64,000 bases of DNA from Eledone cirrhosa (taxonomy: Eukaryota): contig OZ024752.1 in the NCBI GenBank assembly GCA_964016885.1, positions 27,404,001 through 27,468,000 on the forward strand, read 5' to 3'. Numbering within the stretch: the first letter of the stretch is position 1; the number at the start of each line of letters is the position of its first letter. Shown piece by piece: positions 42,981-57,865 of this stretch. The notes under the pieces are model-generated. The model ran no database searches. It was not told the origin of the DNA and saw only the letters and a list, made by a program, of their open reading frames with translations. A program made the translations under genes and the position numbers.

Positions 42981-45900
42981 ACACAATCTGTGGAACTAGT
43001 ACCAACTTCGACTATCAACACACAAACTGTGGAACTAGTACCAACTTCTTCTATCAACACACAAACTGTGGAACTAGTACCAACTTCGACTATCAACACA
43101 CAAACTGTGGAACTAGTACCAACTTCGACTATCAACACACAAACTGTGGAACTAGTACCAACTTCTTCTATCAACACACAAACTGTGCAACTAGTACCAA
43201 CTTCGGCTATCAACACACAAACTGTGGAACTAGTACCAACTTCGTCTATCAACACACAAACTGTGCAACTAGTACCAACTTCTTCTATCAACACACAAAC
43301 TGTGCAACTAGTATCAACTTCGGCTATCAACACACAAACTGTGGAACTAGTACCAACTTCTTCTATCAACACACAAACTGTGCAACTAGTACCAACTTCG
43401 GCTATCAACACACAAACTGTGGACCTAGTACCAACTTCGTCTATCAACACACAAACTGTGGAACTAGTACCAGCTTCGGTTTATCAGCAGACAAATTGTA
43501 GAACTAGTACCAACTACGGCTATCAACACACAATCTGTGGAACTAGTATCAACTTCGGCTATCAACACACAATCTGTGGAACTAGTAGCAACTTCGGCTA
43601 TCAACACACAAACTGTGGAACTAGTACAAACTTCGGCTATCACACACAAACTGTGGAACTAGTACCAACTACGGCTATCAACACACAAACTGTGGAACTA
43701 GTACCAACTTCGGCTATCAACACACAAACTGTGGAACTAGTACCAACTTCGGCTATCAACACACAATCTGTGGAACTAGTACAAACTTCGGCTATCAACA
43801 CACAAACTGTGGAACTAGTACCAACTTCGGCTATCAACACACAAACTGTGGAACTAGTACCAACTGCGGCTATCAACACACAATCTGTGGAACTAATACC
43901 AACTTCGGCTATCAACACACAAACTGTGGAACTAGTACCAACTTCGTCTATCAACACACAAACTGTGGAACTAGTACCAACTGCGGCTATCAACACACAA
44001 ACTGTGGAACTAGTACCAACTGCGGCTATCAACACACAATCTGTGGAACTAGTACCAACTTCGGCTATCAACACACAAACTGTGGAACTAGTACCCACTT
44101 CGGCTATCAACACACAAACTGTGGAACTAGTACCAACTTAGGCTATCAACACACAAACTGTGGAACTAGTACCAACTACGGCTATCAACACACAAACTGT
44201 GGAACTAGTAAAGACTTCGTCTATCAACACACAAACTGTGGAACTAGTACAAACTTCGTGTATCAACACACAAACTGTGAAACTAGTACCAACTTCGGCT
44301 ATCAACACACAAAATGTGGAACTAGTACCAACTTCGGCTATCAACACACAAACTGTGGAACTAGTACAGACTTCGTCTATCAACACACAAACTGTGGAAC
44401 TAGTACCGACTTCGGCTATCAACACACAAACTGTGGAACTAGTACACACTTCGACTATCAACACACAAACTGTGGAACTAGTACCAACTTCTTCTATCAA
44501 CACACACACTGTGGAACTAGTACCAACTTCGGCTATCAACACACAATCTCTGGAACTAGTACCAGCTTCGTCTATCAACACACAAACCGTGGAACTAGTA
44601 CACACTTCGTGTATCAACACACAAATTGTGGAACTAGTACCAACTACGGCTATCAACACACAAACTGTGGAACTTGTACCAACTTCGGCTATCAACACAC
44701 GAACTGTGGACCTAGTGCCAACTTCGTCTATCAACACACAAACTGTGGAACTAGTACCAACTTCGGCTATCAACACACAAACTGTGGAACTAGTACAAAC
44801 TTTGGCTGTCAACACACAAATTGTAGAACTAGTACCAAAATCGTGTATCAACACACAAACTGTGGAACTAGTACCAACTTCGGCTATCAACACACAATCT
44901 GTGGAACTAGTACAGACTTCGTCTATCAACACACAGACTGTGTAACTAGTACCGACTTCGGCTATCAACACACAATCTGTGGAACTAGTACCAACTTCGA
45001 CTATCAACACACAAACTGTGGAACTAGTACCAACTTCTTCTATCAACACACAAACTGTGGAACTATTACCAACTTCGACTATCAACACACAAACTGTGGA
45101 ACTAGTACCAACTTCGACTATCAACACACAAACTGTGGAACTAGTACCAACTTCTTCTATCAACACACAAACTGTGCAACTAGTACCAACTTCGGCTATC
45201 AACACACAAACTGTGGAACTAGTACCAACTTCGTCTATCAACACACAAACTGTGCAACTAGTACCAACTTCTTCTATCAACACACAAACTGTGCAACTAG
45301 TATCAACTTCGGCTATCAACACACAAACTGTGGAACTAGTACCAACTTCTTCTATCAACGCACAAACTGTGCAACTAGTACCAACTTCGGCTATCAACAC
45401 ACAAACTGTGGACCTAGTACCAACTTCGTCTATCAACACACAAACTGTGGAACTAGTACCAGCTTCGGTTTATCAGCAGACAAATTGTAGAACTAGTACC
45501 AACTTCGTCTATCAACACACAAACTGTGGAACTAGTACCAACTACGGCTATCAACACACAATCTGTGGAACTAGTATCAACTTCGGCTATCAACACACAA
45601 TCTGTGGAACTAGTAGCAACTTCGGCTATCAACACACAAACTGTGGAAATAGTACAAACTTCGTCTATCAACACACAAACTGTGGAACTAGTACCAAATT
45701 CGTCTATCAACACACAAACTGTGGAACTAGTACAAACTTCGGCTGTCAACACACAAATTGTAGAACTAGTACCAACTTCGTGTATCAACACAGAAACTGT
45801 GGAACTAGTACCAACTTCGTCTATCAACACACAAACTGTGGAACTAGTACCAACTTCGTCTATCAACACACAAACTGTGGAACTAGTACCAACTTCTTCT

Positions 45901-48717
45901 ATCAACACACAAATTGTGGAACTAGTACCAACTTCGTGTATCAACACAGAAACTGTGGAACTAGTACCGACTTCGGCTATCAACACACAAACTGTGGAAC
46001 TAGTACCGACTTCAACTATCAACACACAAACTGTGGAACTAGTACCAACTTCTTCTATCAACACACACACTGTGGAACTAGTACCAACTTCGACTATCAA
46101 CACACAAACTGAGGAACTAGTACCAACTTCGGCTATCAACACACAATCTCTGGAACTAGTACCAGCTTCGTCTATCAACACACAAACCGTGGAACTAGTA
46201 CACACTTCGTGTATCAACACACAAACTGTGAAACTAGTACCAACTTCGGCTATCAACACACAAACTGTGGAACTAGTACCAACTACGGCTATCAACACAC
46301 AAACTGTGGAACTAGTACCAACTTCGGCTATCAACACACGAACTGTGGACCTAGTGCCAACTTCGTCTATCAACACACAAACTGTGGAACTAGTACCAAA
46401 TTCGGCTATCAACACACAAACTGTGGAACTAGTACAAACTTCGGCTGTCAACACACAAATTGTAGAACTAGTACCAGCTTCGTGTATCAACACAGAAATT
46501 GTGGAACTAGTACCTACTTCGTCTATCAACACTCAAAGTGTGGAACTAGTACCAACTTCGTCTATCAACACACAAACTGTGGAACTAGTACCAACTTCTT
46601 CTATCAACACACAAATTGTGGAACTAGTACCAACTTCGTGTATCAACACAGAAACTGTGGAACTAGTACCAACTTCGTCTATCAACACACAAACTGTGGA
46701 ACTAGTACCAACTTCGTCTATCAACACACAAACTGTGGAACTAGTACCAACTTCGGCTATCAACACACAATCTGTGGAACTAGTACAGACTTCGTCTATC
46801 AACACACAGACTGTGTAACTAGTACCGACTTCGGCTATCAACACACAATCTGTGGAACTAGTACCAACTTCGACTATCAACACACAAACTGTGGAACTAG
46901 TACCAACTTCTTCTATCAACACACAAACTGTGGAACTAGTACCAACTTCGACTATCAACACACAAACTGTGGAACTAGTACCAACTTCGACTATCAACAC
47001 ACAAACTGTGGAACTAGTACCAACTTCTTCTATCAACACACAAACTGTGCAACTAGTACCAACTTCGGCTATCAACACACAAACTGTGGAACTAGTACCA
47101 ACTTCGTCTATCAACACACAAACTGTGCAACTAGTACCAACTTCTTCTATCAACACACAAACTGTGCAACTAGTATCAACTTCGGCTATCAACACACAAA
47201 CTGTGGAACTAGTACCAACTTCTTCTATCAACACACAAACTGTGCAACTAGTACCAACTTCGGCTATCAACACACAAACTGTGGACCTAGTACCAACTTC
47301 GTCTATCAACACACAAACTGTGGAACTAGTACCAGCTTCGGTTTATCAGCAGACAAATTGTAGAACTAGTACCAACTACGGCTATCAACACACAATCTGT
47401 GGAACTAGTATCAACTTCGGCTATCAACACACAATCTGTGGAACTAGTAGCAACTTCGGCTATCAACACACAAACTGTGGAACTAGTACAAACTTCGGCT
47501 ATCACACACAAACTGTGGAACTAGTACCAACTACGGCTATCAACACACAAACTGTGGAACTAGTACCAACTTCGGCTATCAACACACAAACTGTGGAACT
47601 AGTACCAACTTCGGCTATCAACACACAATCTGTGGAACTAGTACAAACTTCGGCTATCAACACACAAACTGTGGAACTAGTACCAACTTCGGCTATCAAC
47701 ACACAAACTGTGGAACTAGTACCAACTGCGGCTATCAACACACAATCTGTGGAACTAATACCAACTTCGGCTATCAACACACAAACTGTGGAACTAGTAC
47801 CAACTTCGTCTATCAACACACAAACTGTGGAACTAGTACCAACTGCGGCTATCAACACACAAACTGTGGAACTAGTACCAACTGCGGCTATCAACACACA
47901 ATCTGTGGAACTAGTACCAACTTCGGCTATCAACACACAAACTGTGGAACTAGTACCAACTTCGGCTATCAACACACAAACTGTGGAACTAGTACCAACT
48001 TAGGCTATCAACACACAAACTGTGGAACTAGTACCAACTACGGCTATCAACACACAAACTGTGGAACTAGTAAAGACTTCGTCTATCAACACACAAACTG
48101 TGGAACTAGTACAAACTTCGTGTATCAACACACAAACTGTGAAACTAGTACCAACTTCGGCTATCAACACACAAAATGTGGAACTAGTACCAACTTCGGC
48201 TATCAACACACAAACTGTGGAACTAGTACAGACTTCGTCTATCAACACACAAACTGTGGAACTAGTACCGACTTCGGCTATCAACACACAAACTGTGGAA
48301 CTAGTACACACTTCGACTATCAACACACAAACTGTGGAACTAGTACCAACTTCTTCTATCAACACACACACTGTGGAACTAGTACCAACTTCGGCTATCA
48401 ACACACAATCTCTGGAACTAGTACCAGCTTCGTCTATCAACACACAAACCGTGGAACTAGTACACACTTCGTGTATCAACACACAAATTGTGGAACTAGT
48501 ACCAACTACGGCTATCAACACACAAACTGTGGAACTTGTACCAACTTCGGCTATCAACACACGAACTGTGGACCTAGTGCCAACTTCGTCTATCAACACA
48601 CAAACTGTGGAACTAGTACCAACTTCGGCTATCAACACACAAACTGTGGAACTAGTACAAACTTTGGCTGTCAACACACAAATTGTAGAACTAGTACCAA
48701 AATCGTGTATCAACACA
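40984..48717. repeat. Higher-order duplication, period 3862 bp (99 monomers)
   Basis: ORF offsets of 3862 (41117/44979, 41591/45453, 43464/47326, 44160/48022). 99x39=3861, plus a net +1 indel. Confidence 0.92.
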
Positions 48718-51700
48718 GAAACTGTGGAACTAGTACCAACTTCGTCTATCAACACACAAACTGTGGAACTAGTACCAACTTCGTCTATCAACACACAAAC
48801 TGTGGAACTAGTACAAACTTCTTCTATCAACACACAAATTGTGGAACTAGTACCAACTTCGTGTATCAACACAGAAACTGTGGAACTAGTACCAACTTCG
48901 TCTATCAACACACAAACTGTGGAACTAGTACCAACTTCGTCTATCAACACACGAACTGTGGAACTAGTACCAACTTCGGCTATCAACACACAAACTGTGG
49001 AACTAGTACAGACTTCGTCTATCAACACACAAACTGTGGAACTAGTACCGACTTCGGCTATCAACACACAAACTGTGGAACTAGTACCAACTTCGACTAT
49101 CAACACACAAACTGTGGAACTAGTACCAACTTCTTCTATCAACACACAAACTGTGGAACTAGTACCAACTTCGACTATCAACACACAAACTGTGGAACTA
49201 GTACCAACTTCGACTATCAACACACAAACTGTGGAACTAGTACCAACTTCTTCTATCAACACACAAACTGTGGAACTAGTACCAACTTCGTCTATCAACA
49301 CACAAACTGTGCAACTAGTACCAACTTCTATCAACACACAAACTGTGCAACTAGTATCAACTTCGGCTATCAACACACAAGCTGTGGAACTAGTACCAAC
49401 TTCTTCTATCAACAGACAAACTGTGCAACTAGTACCAACTTCGGCTATCAACACACAAACTGTGGACCTAGTACCAACTTCGTCTATCAACACACAAACT
49501 GTGGAACTAGTACCAGCTTCGGCTATCAACAGACAAACTGTGGAACTAGTACCAAATTCGTCTATCAACACACAAACTGTGGAACTAGTACCAACTTCTT
49601 TATCAACACACAAACTGTGCAACTAGTACCAACTTCGGTTATCAACACACAAACTGAGGAACTAGTACCAACTACAGCTATCAACACACAATCTCTGGAA
49701 CTAGTACCAGCTCGCGTCTATCAACACACAAACCGTGGAACTAGTACACACTTCGTGTATCAACACACAAACTGTGGAACTAGTACCGACTTCGGCTATC
49801 AACACACAAACTGTGGAACTAGTACCAACTTCGACTATCAACACACAAACTGTGGAACTAGTACCAACTTCTTCTATCAACACACAAACTGTGGAACTAG
49901 TACCAACTTCGACTATCAACACACAAACTGTGGAACTAGTACCAACTTCGGCTATCAACACACAAACTGTGGAACTAGTACCAACTTCGGCTATCAACAC
50001 ACGAACTGTGGACCTAGTGCCAACTTCGTCTATCAACACACAAACTGTGGAACTAGTACCAAATTCGTCTATCAACACACAAACTGTGGAACTAGTACAA
50101 ACTTCGGCTGTCAACACACAAATTCTAGAACTAGTACCAACTTCGTGTATCAACACAGAAACTGTGGAACTAGTACCAACTTCGTCTATCAACACACAAA
50201 CTGTGGAACTAGTACCAACTTCGTCTATCAACACACAAACTGTGGAACTAGTACCAACTTCTTCTATCAACACACAAATTGTGGAACTAGTACCAACTTC
50301 GTGTATCAACACAGAAACTGTGGAACTAGTACCGACTTCGGCTATCAACACACAAACTGTGGAACTAGTACCGACTTCGACTATCAACACACAAACTGTG
50401 GAACTAGTACCAACTTCTTCTATCAACACACACACTGTGGAACTAGTACCAACTTCGACTATCAACACACAAACTGAGGAACTAGTACCAACTTCGGCTA
50501 TCAACACACAATCTCTGGAACTAGTACCAGCTTCGTCTATCAACACACAAACCGTGGAACTAGTACACACTTCGTGTATCAACACACAAACTGTGAAACT
50601 AGTACCAACTTCGGCTATCAACACACAAACTGTGGAACTAGTACCAACTACGGCTATCAACACACAAACTGTGGAACTAGTACCAACTTCGGCTATCAAC
50701 ACACGAACTGTGGACCTAGTGCCAACTTCGTCTATCAACACACAAACTGTGGAACTAGTACCAACTTCGGCTGTCAACACACAAATTGTAGAACTAGTAC
50801 CAACTTCGTGTATCAACAGAGAAACTGTGGAACTAGTACCTACTTCGTCTATCAACACACAAACTGTGGAACTAGTACCAACTTCGTCTATCAACACACA
50901 AACTGTGGAACTAGTACCAACTTCTTCTATCAACACACAAATTGTGGAACTAGTACCAACTTCGTGTATCAACACAGAAACTGGGGAACTAGTACCAACT
51001 TCGACTATCAACACACAAACTGTGGAACTAGTACCAACTTCTTCTATCAACACACAAATTGTGGAACTAGTACCAACTTCGTGTATCAACACAGAAACTG
51101 GGGAACTAGTACCAACTTCGTCTATCAACACACAAACTGTGGAACTAGTACCAACTTCTTCTATCAACACACAAACTGTGCAACTAGTACCAACTTCGGC
51201 TATCAACACACAAACTGTGGAACTAGTACCAACTTCGTCTATCAACACACAAACTGTGCAACTAGTACCAACTTCTTCTATCAACACACAAACTGTGCAA
51301 CTAGTATCAACTTCGGCTATCAACACACAAACTGTGGAACTAGTACCAACTTCTTCTATCAACGCACAAACTGTGCAACTAGTACCAACTTCGGCTATCA
51401 ACACACAAACTGTGGACCTAGTACCAACTTCGTCTATCAACACACAAACTGTGGAACTAGTACCAGCTTCGGTTTATCAGCAGACAAATTGTAGAACTAG
51501 TACCAACTTCGTCTATCAACACACAAACTGTGGAACTAGTACCAACTACGGCTATCAACACACAATCTGTGGAACTAGTATCAACTTCGGCTATCAACAC
51601 ACAATCTGTGGAACTAGTAGCAACTTCGGCTATCAACACACAAACTGTGGAAATAGTACAAACTTCGTCTATCAACACACAAACTGTGGAACTAGTACCA

Positions 51701-54700
51701 AATTCGTCTATCAACACACAAACTGTGGAACTAGTACAAACTTCGGCTGTCAACACACAAATTGTAGAACTAGTACCAACTTCGTGTATCAACACAGAAA
51801 CTGTGGAACTAGTACCAACTTCGTCTATCAACACACAAACTGTGGAACTAGTACCAACTTCGTCTATCAACACACAAACTGTGGAACTAGTACCAACTTC
51901 TTCTATCAACACACAAATTGTGGAACTAGTACCAACTTCGTGTATCAACACAGAAACTGTGGAACTAGTACCGACTTCGGCTATCAACACACAAACTGTG
52001 GAACTAGTACCGACTTCAACTATCAACACACAAACTGTGGAACTAGTACCAACTTCTTCTATCAACACACACACTGTGGAACTAGTACCAACTTCGACTA
52101 TCAACACACAAACTGAGGAACTAGTACCAACTTCGGCTATCAACACACAATCTCTGGAACTAGTACCAGCTTCGTCTATCAACACACAAACCGTGGAACT
52201 AGTACACACTTCGTGTATCAACACACAAACTGTGAAACTAGTACCAACTTCGGCTATCAACACACAAACTGTGGAACTAGTACCAACTACGGCTATCAAC
52301 ACACAAACTGTGGAACTAGTACCAACTTCGGCTATCAACACACGAACTGTGGACCTAGTGCCAACTTCGTCTATCAACACACAAACTGTGGAACTAGTAC
52401 CAAATTCGGCTATCAACACACAAACTGTGGAACTAGTACAAACTTCGGCTGTCAACACACAAATTGTAGAACTAGTACCAGCTTCGTGTATCAACACAGA
52501 AATTGTGGAACTAGTACCTACTTCGTCTATCAACACTCAAAGTGTGGAACTAGTACCAACTTCGTCTATCAACACACAAACTGTGGAACTAGTACCAACT
52601 TCTTCTATCAACACACAAATTGTGGAACTAGTACCAACTTCGTGTATCAACACAGAAACTGTGGAACTAGTACCAACTTCGTCTATCAACACACAAACTG
52701 TGGAACTAGTACCAACTTCGTCTATCAACACACAAACTGTGGAACTAGTACCAACTTCGGCTATCAACACACAATCTGTGGAACTAGTACAGACTTCGTC
52801 TATCAACACACAGACTGTGTAACTAGTACCGACTTCGGCTATCAACACACAATCTGTGGAACTAGTACCAACTTCGACTATCAACACACAAACTGTGGAA
52901 CTAGTACCAACTTCTTCTATCAACACACAAACTGTGGAACTAGTACCGACTTCGGCTATCAACACACAAACTGTGGAACTAGTACACACTTCGACTATCA
53001 ACACACAAACTGTGGAACTAGTACCAACTTCTTCTATCAACACACACACTGTGGAACTAGTACCAACTTCGGCTATCAACACACAATCTCTGGAACTAGT
53101 ACCAGCTTCGTCTATCAACACACAAACCGTGGAACTAGTACACACTTCGTGTATCAACACACAAATTGTGGAACTAGTACCAACTACGGCTATCAACACA
53201 CAAACTGTGGAACTTGTACCAACTTCGGCTATCAACACACGAACTGTGGACCTAGTGCCAACTTCGTCTATCAACACACAAACTGTGGAACTAGTACCAA
53301 CTTCGGCTATCAACACACAAACTGTGGAACTAGTACAAACTTTGGCTGTCAACACACAAATTGTAGAACTAGTACCAAAATCGTGTATCAACACAGAAAC
53401 TGTGGAACTAGTACCAACTTCGTCTATCAACACACAAACTGTGGAACTAGTACCAACTTCGTCTATCAACACACAAACTGTGGAACTAGTACAAACTTCT
53501 TCTATCAACACACAAATTGTGGAACTAGTACCAACTTCGTGTATCAACACAGAAACTGTGGAACTAGTACCAACTTCGTCTATCAACACACAAACTGTGG
53601 AACTAGTACCAACTTCGTCTATCAACACACGAACTGTGGAACTAGTACCAACTTCGGCTATCAACACACAAACTGTGGAACTAGTACAGACTTCGTCTAT
53701 CAACACACAAACTGTGGAACTAGTACCGACTTCGGCTATCAACACACAAACTGTGGAACTAGTACCAACTTCGACTATCAACACACAAACTGTGGAACTA
53801 GTACCAACTTCTTCTATCAACACACAAACTGTGGAACTAGTACCAACTTCGACTATCAACACACAAACTGTGGAACTAGTACCAACTTCGACTATCAACA
53901 CACAAACTGTGGAACTAGTACCAACTTCTTCTATCAACACACAAACTGTGGAACTAGTACCAACTTCGTCTATCAACACACAAACTGTGCAACTAGTACC
54001 AACTTCTATCAACACACAAACTGTGCAACTAGTATCAACTTCGGCTATCAACACACAAGCTGTGGAACTAGTACCAACTTCTTCTATCAACAGACAAACT
54101 GTGCAACTAGTACCAACTTCGGCTATCAACACACAAACTGTGGACCTAGTACCAACTTCGTCTATCAACACACAAACTGTGGAACTAGTACCAGCTTCGG
54201 CTATCAACAGACAAACTGTGGAACTAGTACCAAATTCGTCTATCAACACACAAACTACGGAACTAGTACCAACTTCTTTATCAACACACAAACTGTGCAA
54301 CTAGTACCAACTTCGGTTATCAACACACAAACTGAGGAACTAGTACCAACTACAGCTATCAACACACAATCTCTGGAACTAGTACCAGCTCGCGTCTATC
54401 AACACACAAACCGTGGAACTAGTACACACTTCGTGTATCAACACACAAACTGTGGAACTAGTACCGACTTCGGCTATCAACACACAAACTGTGGAACTAG
54501 TACCAACTTCGACTATCAACACACAAACTGTGGAACTAGTACCAACTTCTTCTATCAACACACAAACTGTGGAACTAGTACCAACTTCGACTATCAACAC
54601 ACAAACTGTGGAACTAGTACCAACTTCGGCTATCAACACACAAACTGTGGAACTAGTACCAACTTCGGCTATCAACACACGAACTGTGGACCTAGTGCCA

Positions 54701-57592
54701 ACTTCGTCTATCAACACACAAACTGTGGAACTAGTACCAAATTCGTCTATCAACACACAAACTGTGGAACTAGTACAAACTTCGGCTGTCAACACACAAA
54801 TTCTAGAACTAGTACCAACTTCGTGTATCAACACAGAAACTGTGGAACTAGTACCAACTTCATCTATCAACACACAAACTGTGGAACTAGTACCAACTTC
54901 GTCTATCAACACACAAACTGTGGAACTAGTACCAACTTCTTCTATCAACACACAAATTGTGGAACTAGTACCAACTTCGTGTATCAACACAGAAACTGTG
55001 GAACTAGTACCGACTTCGGCTATCAACACACAAACTGTGGAACTAGTACCGACTTCGACTATCAACACACAAACTGTGGAACTAGTACCAACTTCTTCTA
55101 TCAACACACACACTGTGGAACTAGTACCAACTTCGACTATCAACACACAAACTGAGGAACTAGTACCAACTTCGGCTATCAACACACAATCTCTGGAACT
55201 AGTACCAGCTTCGTCTATCAACACACAAACCGTGGAACTAGTACACACTTCGTGTATCAACACACAAACTGTGAAACTAGTACCAACTTCGGCTATCAAC
55301 ACACAAACTGTGGAACTAGTACCAACTACGGCTATCAACACACAAACTGTGGAACTAGTACCAACTTCGGCTATCAACACACGAACTGTGGACCTAGTGC
55401 CAACTTCGTCTATCAACACACAAACTGTGGAACTAGTACCAACTTCGGCTGTCAACACACAAATTGTAGAACTAGTACCAACTTCGTGTATCAACAGAGA
55501 AACTGTGGAAATAGTACCTACTTCGTCTATCAACACACAAACTGTGGAACTAGTACCAACTTCGTCTATCAACACACAAACTGTGGAACTAGTACCAACT
55601 TCTTCTATCAACACACAAATTGTGGAACTAGTACCAACTTCGTGTATCAACACAGAAACTGGGGAACTAGTACCAACTTCGACTATCAACACACAAACTG
55701 TGGAACTAGTACCAACTTCTTCTATCAACACACAAATTGTGGAACTAGTACCAACTTCGTGTATCAACACAGAAACTGGGGAACTAGTACCAACTTCGTC
55801 TATCAACACACAAACTGTGGAACTAGTACCAACTTCTTCTATCAACACACAAACTGTGCAACTAGTACCAACTTCGGCTATCAACACACAAACTGTGGAA
55901 CTAGTACCAACTTCGTCTATCAACACACAAACTGTGCAACTAGTACCAACTTCTTCTATCAACACACAAACTGTGCAACTAGTATCAACTTCGGCTATCA
56001 ACACACAAACTGTGGAACTAGTACCAACTTCTTCTATCAACGCACAAACTGTGCAACTAGTACCAACTTCGGCTATCAACACACAAACTGTGGACCTAGT
56101 ACCAACTTCGTCTATCAACACACAAACTGTGGAACTAGTACCAGCTTCGGTTTATCAGCAGACAAATTGTAGAACTAGTACCAACTTCGTCTATCAACAC
56201 ACAAACTGTGGAACTAGTACCAACTACGGCTATCAACACACAATCTGTGGAACTAGTATCAACTTCGGCTATCAACACACAATCTGTGGAACTAGTAGCA
56301 ACTTCGGCTATCAACACACAAACTGTGGAAATAGTACAAACTTCGTCTATCAACACACAAACTGTGGAACTAGTACCAAATTCGTCTATCAACACACAAA
56401 CTGTGGAACTAGTACAAACTTCGGCTGTCAACACACAAATTGTAGAACTAGTACCAACTTCGTGTATCAACACAGAAACTGTGGAACTAGTACCAACTTC
56501 GTCTATCAACACACAAACTGTGGAACTAGTACCAACTTCGTCTATCAACACACAAACTGTGGAACTAGTACCAACTTCTTCTATCAACACACAAATTGTG
56601 GAACTAGTACCAACTTCGTGTATCAACACAGAAACTGTGGAACTAGTACCGACTTCGGCTATCAACACACAAACTGTGGAACTAGTACCGACTTCAACTA
56701 TCAACACACAAACTGTGGAACTAGTACCAACTTCTTCTATCAACACACACACTGTGGAACTAGTACCAACTTCGACTATCAACACACAAACTGAGGAACT
56801 AGTACCAACTTCGGCTATCAACACACAATCTCTGGAACTAGTACCAGCTTCGTCTATCAACACACAAACCGTGGAACTAGTACACACTTCGTGTATCAAC
56901 ACACAAACTGTGAAACTAGTACCAACTTCGGCTATCAACACACAAACTGTGGAACTAGTACCAACTACGGCTATCAACACACAAACTGTGGAACTAGTAC
57001 CAACTTCGGCTATCAACACACGAACTGTGGACCTAGTGCCAACTTCGTCTATCAACACACAAACTGTGGAACTAGTACCAAATTCGGCTATCAACACACA
57101 AACTGTGGAACTAGTACAAACTTCGGCTGTCAACACACAAATTGTAGAACTAGTACCAGCTTCGTGTATCAACACAGAAATTGTGGAACTAGTACCTACT
57201 TCGTCTATCAACACTCAAAGTGTGGAACTAGTACCAACTTCGTCTATCAACACACAAACTGTGGAACTAGTACCAACTTCTTCTATCAACACACAAATTG
57301 TGGAACTAGTACCAACTTCGTGTATCAACACAGAAACTGTGGAACTAGTACCAACTTCGTCTATCAACACACAAACTGTGGAACTAGTACCAACTTCGTC
57401 TATCAACACACAAACTGTGGAACTAGTACCAACTTCGGCTATCAACACACAATCTGTGGAACTAGTACAGACTTCGTCTATCAACACACAGACTGTGTAA
57501 CTAGTACCGACTTCGGCTATCAACACACAATCTGTGGAACTAGTACCAACTTCGACTATCAACACACAAACTGTGGAACTAGTACCAACTTC
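48238..57592. repeat. Higher-order duplication, period 4678 bp (120 monomers)
   Basis: ORF offsets of 4678 (49701/54379, 50574/55252, 51457/56135, 52213/56891). 120x39=4680, with indels of +1, +1, -3 and -1. Confidence 0.92.
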
Positions 57593-57865
57593 GACTATCA
57601 ACACACAAACTGTGGAACTAGTACCAACTTCTTCTATCAACACACAAACTGTGCCACTAGTACCAACTTCGGCTATCAACACACAAACTGTGGAACTAGT
57701 ACCAACTTCGTCTATCAACACACAAACTGTGCAACTAGTACCAACTTCTTCTATCAACACACAAACTGTGCAACTAGTATCAACTTCGGCTATCAACACA
57801 CAAACTGTGGAACTAGTACCAACTTCTTCTATCAACACACAAACTGTGCAACTAGTACCAACTTC

